Origin: Azolla caroliniana
Lineage: Eukaryota > Plantae > Polypodiophyta
DNA length: 64,000 nt
Assembly: GCA_043228905.1 (NCBI GenBank)
Contig: JBHGNT010000005.1
Span: 24,242,001-24,306,000 of the forward strand
Direction of reading: 5' to 3'
Shown piece by piece: positions 61,106-64,000 of the stretch. The translations under genes and the position numbers were made by a program. The notes beneath the pieces are model-generated. The model saw only the letters and a program-made list of their open reading frames with translations, did not search any database and was not told the origin of the DNA. Positions within the stretch are counted from its first letter, which is position 1; each line of letters begins with the position of its first letter.

Positions 61106-63680
61106 GTCTTGCTTGCATACTGTTTTCGGTTCTCTAGTTGTAATCAATATTATTCATTGCATCGATTAACGATCCCCACACAGAAGAGTGTTGATTTTGT
61201 TCCACACTAGATGACCGCATCTCCAACATCTGGTATCAGAGCTGGAGGTTCTTTTGATTCTGCTATTGTCGTCTATCTAGTTTCCATAAAAAACTTTTCT
61301 TTTGTACACTGTGAAGATCTTGGTTGGCAATTCTCTACAAGATCGTTTTCGCGAAGAGAGGCACTGGCAAAATCTGCATTCCAATGTTCTAAATCACCAT
61401 TGAAGCGAGCCAATTGGCTTCACTTCACTCCTGTGATTGTAGCCGCTCAGAGTGAGATTTCGCTTCACAACATCTCTGCCTCAACCGTACTACATTGGAT
61501 TAGACACAAATCGAATAGGTCACTTGACGCTAGTCACTCGCTTGTCGTAATCACTCGTGTGACTTGTCATAATCACTTGTAGTTGTCTGGGCTCCAGGAA
61601 CAACCCCCTTCTGTGCTTCATTCGGCTAGACAACATTCAAAAAGATTAGCTGAATTTGTTCCTCTCATTGTCGTAGTCACCTGAAGCAAGATTAGCCTAG
61701 ATAATCGGCACATACTCTGTGTTCGGAAATCTCGAAAATCGACATTCAAAATCGAATCGACATACTCGGGTCCAACTCGACTAGGTTAGTCAGCTATAGT
61801 CACTTCGGATCGAGTCTCCTGAATTTCGAATGAGATTCGGCTTGTGTTCAAACTCAGTTAGAACAAATTCAAGTGAGTCAATCTGTTGCACCCAACCACT
61901 GTTCATAGTCAACCCCGAACAAAGCCCCCCCCAAAATCGACACAGATGACATCAACATCCGGCTCGTCAAAGATGAGTCTAAGGAAGTTCGACAGATTGA
62001 ACTTCAACTTCTGGAAGGAGCAAATGCAAGATTATTTAATAGTCAAGGGGAAAATCGATCCCATCGAAAATGAAAATGCTCCAGAAGGATATAAGCCCCT
62101 TGAATGGGAGAAGCTCGACAGAATTGTCCGAGCCACAATTCGGATGCACCTATCGGAGTCTGTGTACTCTACGGTGCAACCATGTTCGACTGCCTTCCAA
62201 CTATGGAAGAAATTTTTGGACACTTACGAAAAGAAGGTCGCCGTCACGAAGATATATTTGATACGACGCCTTTATAACCTTTGGATGAAAGAATCTGATT
62301 CGGTCCAGGCACACCTCAATGAGTACGAAAGTCTAAACTCCCAAATTTCGGCACAAGGGACGAGTATCGAGGATGAACTAAGAGCAATACTGCTTATGAG
62401 TAGTCTCCCTCCTTCGTGGGAAATTTTCATCACAACTGTGTGCAACTTATCAACTGCGGCCGTGAAATACTCCTCAATCATGAGCGCAATTCTGATTGAA
62501 GCAACTCAGAGGAAATTGTTTGCAAATGATTTGACCAATATTGTGTATGTAGTACAAGGTTCGACCGACTGACTGAACAACTGAGGAAGAGGTTCTTCAT
62601 GACAGCCAAACAACCAGCGAAGTCGGAGCAAGTCCTGGGATAATCGAGTCTACAACTATTGCAAGAAACCCCGACACATCAAAGCCGATTGTCATGCACT
62701 CAAGGATGGAAATGATAAGGCTCAACGAGCGGATCAGAAGAGTGACCGGCATGAGGAGATCAACTACATCGGCTCGTCAATCGAAGTATTGTCGAACGAC
62801 CCGAACATTCTATCGATTGAAAACCCAGTCGAATCAGAAATTCTGCTTACGATTGAGGAATCAAGCACATGGCTCTTGGATTTGGGCGCTTCATATCATG
62901 TGACACCTCATCGATCACAATTTTGGCAATAATCTGCCCAACATACTGACTCAGTTTGAGTCGGAAACTCGCAATAGTGCACGATTATCAGAATCGGCAC
63001 AGTAGAGCTCAACCTCTCGGGCGGCTCTACACTAGTACTACATAGTGTCCAACATGTACCTGAGCTCTCAAGACCTTTGATCTCAGTTGGACAATTGGAT
63101 GAAGATGGCATCCGTGCCGACTTCTCATCAGGAGGGTGGACACTCCACAGGGGAAACCTCCTGCTTGCTCGAGGACCGAAAGTACACTCGTTGTACCCAC
63201 TATATGTCACACTCAGAGAGGGTGAATTGTTCTTGGTCGACATTCTCGTGTCATGACTTTGGCATGGAAGACTCGGACACCTCAGCAAGGCCGGCATCAC
63301 ACATTTATCCATAGCCGGATACATCCTCAAACTCTCCTTCTCGGATCATCAGTTCTGCGACCATTGCCAATACAGCAATCCGATATCAACACAAAAAGAA
63401 TCGAGTCCCCTTGATTTGGTCCACTCGGACGTCTTTGGTCCTATGCCACATTAGTCTCTTGGCAGTGCCCTGTATTTCGTCAGCTTTATTGATGACTCGA
63501 CTCAGAAGGTGTGGGCTTACCCAATTAAAACTAAAGATCGAGTGTTCTCGATTTTTTCTGATTGGTTCACTATGGTTGAGAATTAGTCTGCTGAAACTGA
63601 AATGCTTTCAGACTAATAACGGGGGAGAGTTCAAATAAGAGGAATTCGTCAAATTTTGCCAACAACGCGGCATAAGACGT
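60939..63680 (+). mobile_element. Degenerate Ty1/Copia (5' LTR, PBS, gag, protease, integrase start), truncated by another insertion
   Basis: LTR ending CTCCAACA at 61228; PBS TGGTATCAGAGC at 61231. gag KFDRLNFNFWKEQMQDYL..LLMSSLPPSWE; WLLDLGASYH; WHGRLGH; LDLVHSDV; TNNGGEF. Left boundary approximate. Confidence 0.85.
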
Positions 63681-64000
63681 TGTCGTGTTATTCTGCATGC
63701 GCAGGAGAAACCAAGGCGGGACTACGGGGGCCCTGAATCAAGGAATAACCGAACAGAGGGAGGAGTGATACAAAACCATGGCCGAGTCACGCACACAAAT
63801 ACACAGAGAACTCACAACGAAGATCGAACAACAAATAAGGCAAATATATACTTATGATCAAGATTACAGCCGGCTAGCCGGTAAGCGTCAACGTGCTTAC
63901 ACCAACTCACACAACGCGAGATGGAGCCTCTGACGGAAGCACTCAGGCTTTCCACGAAGCAGAGGCAGCCTCCCAAAACCTGCAGAGAACAATGAAAGAT
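63681..64000 (-). mobile_element. Probable LTR of another retrotransposon in reverse orientation, running off the window
   Basis: Copia integrase similarity stops abruptly at GIRR. New sequence begins TGTCGTG (reverse complement ...CACGACA) with LTR-like composition. Confidence 0.5.

Overview
Land-plant nuclear DNA (AT-rich intergenic sequence, spliceosomal introns, plant-type genes; possibly a fern or other non-seed plant, not determinable here). About 34 kb (1.7-35.3 kb) is a nested transposon stack. A Mutator-like (MULE) element contains a non-chromovirus Ty3/Gypsy retrotransposon (5567-29659, TSD AAGGG). The Gypsy is interrupted by an 8.8-kb TIR DNA transposon (10100-18905, 37-bp TIRs, 4-bp TSD AGTG) and by a near-intact Ty1/Copia (20348-25828, TSD AACGG). 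A second MULE-family copy follows. The standout is the 8.8-kb element. It encodes an uninterrupted Sola1-like transposase with a C-terminal BAH-like domain. Head-to-head with it lies a six-exon gene for a ParB/Srx-like domain fused to a bacterial-type beta-class N4/N6 (amino) DNA methyltransferase, with one in-frame stop in this copy. Intron 1 of that gene carries about 17 copies of a 23-bp palindrome. Host genes: a 4-exon complex I subunit (NDUFB2/AGGG-like), an intronless FANTASTIC FOUR-like gene, and probably the first exon of a gene running off the left edge. The rest includes a degenerate Copia (42223-47403) and Copia remnants at the right end.
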